64,000 nucleotides of DNA. Origin: Planctomycetota bacterium (lineage in GTDB: Bacteria; Planctomycetota; PLA2; JAEUHO01). The notes beneath the pieces were generated by a model. That model worked only from the letters and a program-made list of their open reading frames with translations. It was not told the DNA's origin and ran no database searches. Shown here piece by piece: positions 62,541 through 64,000 of the stretch; the first letter of the stretch is position 1, and each line of letters begins with the position of its first letter. Location of the stretch: positions 32,001 to 96,000 of the forward strand of contig CBDCTJ010000007.1 of NCBI GenBank assembly GCA_965222115.1, written 5' to 3'. The position numbers and the translations under genes are program-made.

Positions 62541-64000
62541 ATGAGCACGCTTGGCGAGTTTGCCCTCCGGCTGTCTGAAGCCACCGATGCGTCCACGGCA
62601 GCGGTGCGTCTAGCGGAATACGCGCGTCAGTTACTTCCCAGCGGCGCAGCCATTCGCGTGTACTTGCTCGATGCCGGAGACCGATGCACGGCGTGCCCTC
62701 GTCGTGCTACGTGCCCCACGCAAGACCTATGCTTTCATCTAGAAGCGAGCTTTGGCGAGTTTGATCGACCCGCTGCCCATGATGAACGGGTGCCGCGTCA
62801 CGACACGCCATGGGGTTCGCTTCTGGATGGGCACTCCATGACGCCCATCACGTCGATACCCGAGGAGCTGGTTGGCGGACCGGATGCCGAATCGGGGTTC
62901 GCGCTCATGGCGCTCGAAGCGGGCGGCGAAAATGTGGGCATCTTGGGCATCCGTGCACACGGGGGCGAACTCGTTTCCGCCGACTCGGACCTGCGCATTG
63001 CTGCCTTCCTGACGGCCACAACGATTCGACTGCTCAGCAGTCTCAGCACATCGAGTCGCCGACTTGAACAGTTGCTCTTGGTCAATGAACTCGGCCGAAA
63101 AGTGAACTCGATCCTGAACGACGAATTGTTGTTACGTCAAGCCGCCGTGGACATCCACCGCACGTTCGGCTTTCACAACGTCATGATCTTCATGGTGGAC
63201 GAGAACCGTGCACGTGCCACGTTGCGCGCACAGGCGTCGGGGTATGCCAATCCCGCGCTGGTTCGCAAGTCCGTGGATGTGGGTGAAGGCGTGGTAGGCC
63301 GTGTACTCGAAACGGGACGCCCTATCATCATCGAAGACGTGGCGCGGGATGAAGCCTACATCAGTTGGTACCCCGATTCGCAAAGTGAGATCGCGGTACC
63401 GATTCAAAATGGCGGTGTCGTAGAAGGCGTGCTCAACGTCGAAAGCGATCAGGTCGGTGCCTTTGGGCCGTCGGATCGACTCGTGCTTGAGACGGTGGCC
63501 AACCAACTGGCCATCGCCCTGGAAAACGCGCGACTCTTTAGCATGGTGAAGGAGCGCGAAGACCGCTACCGCACGTTGGTTGAAAGTAGCCCCGGATCGG
63601 TCCTGCATTTGGATGCCGAGGGCCGCGTGATCTACTCCAACCCAGCGGCCACAACACTTACGGGCTTTGATAAGGCGTACTTCCTCACGAACGGCGCACG
63701 GTTTTCCGATCTTGCCGTGCCCGCCGATCGCGACGGGCTCATTGAGTCGGTGCAACTCGCGCTGCGGGGGATTCCGTGCCGCGATCTTGAGTTTCACATT
63801 ACCCACGCCGACAACAGTGCCCGTTGGGTGAACGCATCGCTACAGCCACTCATCGGTGAAAACGGCGATCCGCGCGGCGTGGTGGTGTTGGCCCGGGACA
63901 AGACGGTCGAGAAAGAACTGCAGGACCGGCTCAACCAATCCGAAAAGCTGGGTGCCATTGGAACGTTGGTTTCGGGTGTGGCCCATGAACTCAACAATCC
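62541..64000 (+). CDS. Sensor histidine kinase GAF-GAF-PAS-HisKA (3' partial; absent from the ORF track)
   Basis: Hand translation from ATG 62541: GEGVVGRV..SEIAVPI..VLNVESD GAF, PAS (RYRTLVESSP..LDAEGR), and H-box EKLGAIGTLVSGVAHELNNP at the window end. Confidence 0.9.
   Translation, partial: MSTLGEFALRLSEATDASTAAVRLAEYARQLLPSGAAIRVYLLDAGDRCTACPRRATCPTQDLCFHLEASFGEFDRPAAHDERVPRHDTPWGSLLDGHSMTPITSIPEELVGGPDAESGFALMALEAGGENVGILGIRAHGGELVSADSDLRIAAFLTATTIRLLSSLSTSSRRLEQLLLVNELGRKVNSILNDELLLRQAAVDIHRTFGFHNVMIFMVDENRARATLRAQASGYANPALVRKSVDVGEGVVGRVLETGRPIIIEDVARDEAYISWYPDSQSEIAVPIQNGGVVEGVLNVESDQVGAFGPSDRLVLETVANQLAIALENARLFSMVKEREDRYRTLVESSPGSVLHLDAEGRVIYSNPAATTLTGFDKAYFLTNGARFSDLAVPADRDGLIESVQLALRGIPCRDLEFHITHADNSARWVNASLQPLIGENGDPRGVVVLARDKTVEKELQDRLNQSEKLGAIGTLVSGVAHELNN

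Noticed and set aside
63132-63997. Minus-strand ORFs 63132-63806 and 63794-63997
   Set aside because: Antisense to the + strand histidine kinase that runs off the window.

Overview
GC-rich bacterial chromosomal window of about 55 genes. A Planctomycetota-like origin is inferred from protein families (ECF sigma plus anti-sigma/vWA, Tyr/Pro-rich secreted protein, 'ANxxRW' and 'LGH[WF]YL' families); it is not proven. No rRNA, tRNA, CRISPR array, prophage or intact transposase was seen. Housekeeping and accessory genes include dodecin, DoxX, M1 and M17 aminopeptidases, ferredoxin, YceH, an SLC13 permease, MgtE, TatD, IMPase, Xth, a CPA1 antiporter and citrate synthase. An acyl-CoA catabolic island (47.6-61 kb) has liuBCDE-like genes back to back with an SDR/ECH/ACAD/RidA set and a PaaK-like ligase/small protein/GGT operon. 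The window ends inside a GAF-GAF-PAS histidine kinase. Four observations stand out. (1) A candidate ECF 'sense-and-trap' regulon: the sigma/anti-sigma-vWA locus and a thioester alpha-2-macroglobulin locus 31 kb away share an AAC-N16-CGTTC promoter-like motif just upstream of their start codons, and share an 18-aa motif that falls in the A2M bait region. (2) The A2M is separated from its signal-peptide ORF by one in-frame TGA, and the sigma gene looks frameshifted near its 5' end. (3) A probable ~260-nt structured minus-strand sRNA lies between a Fur-box-like palindrome and an orphan terminator, divergent from a ferredoxin. (4) There is a 244-bp TA-flanked MITE, REP-like repeats and many apparently leaderless genes. 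All family assignments come from motif recognition by eye; no database searches were run.
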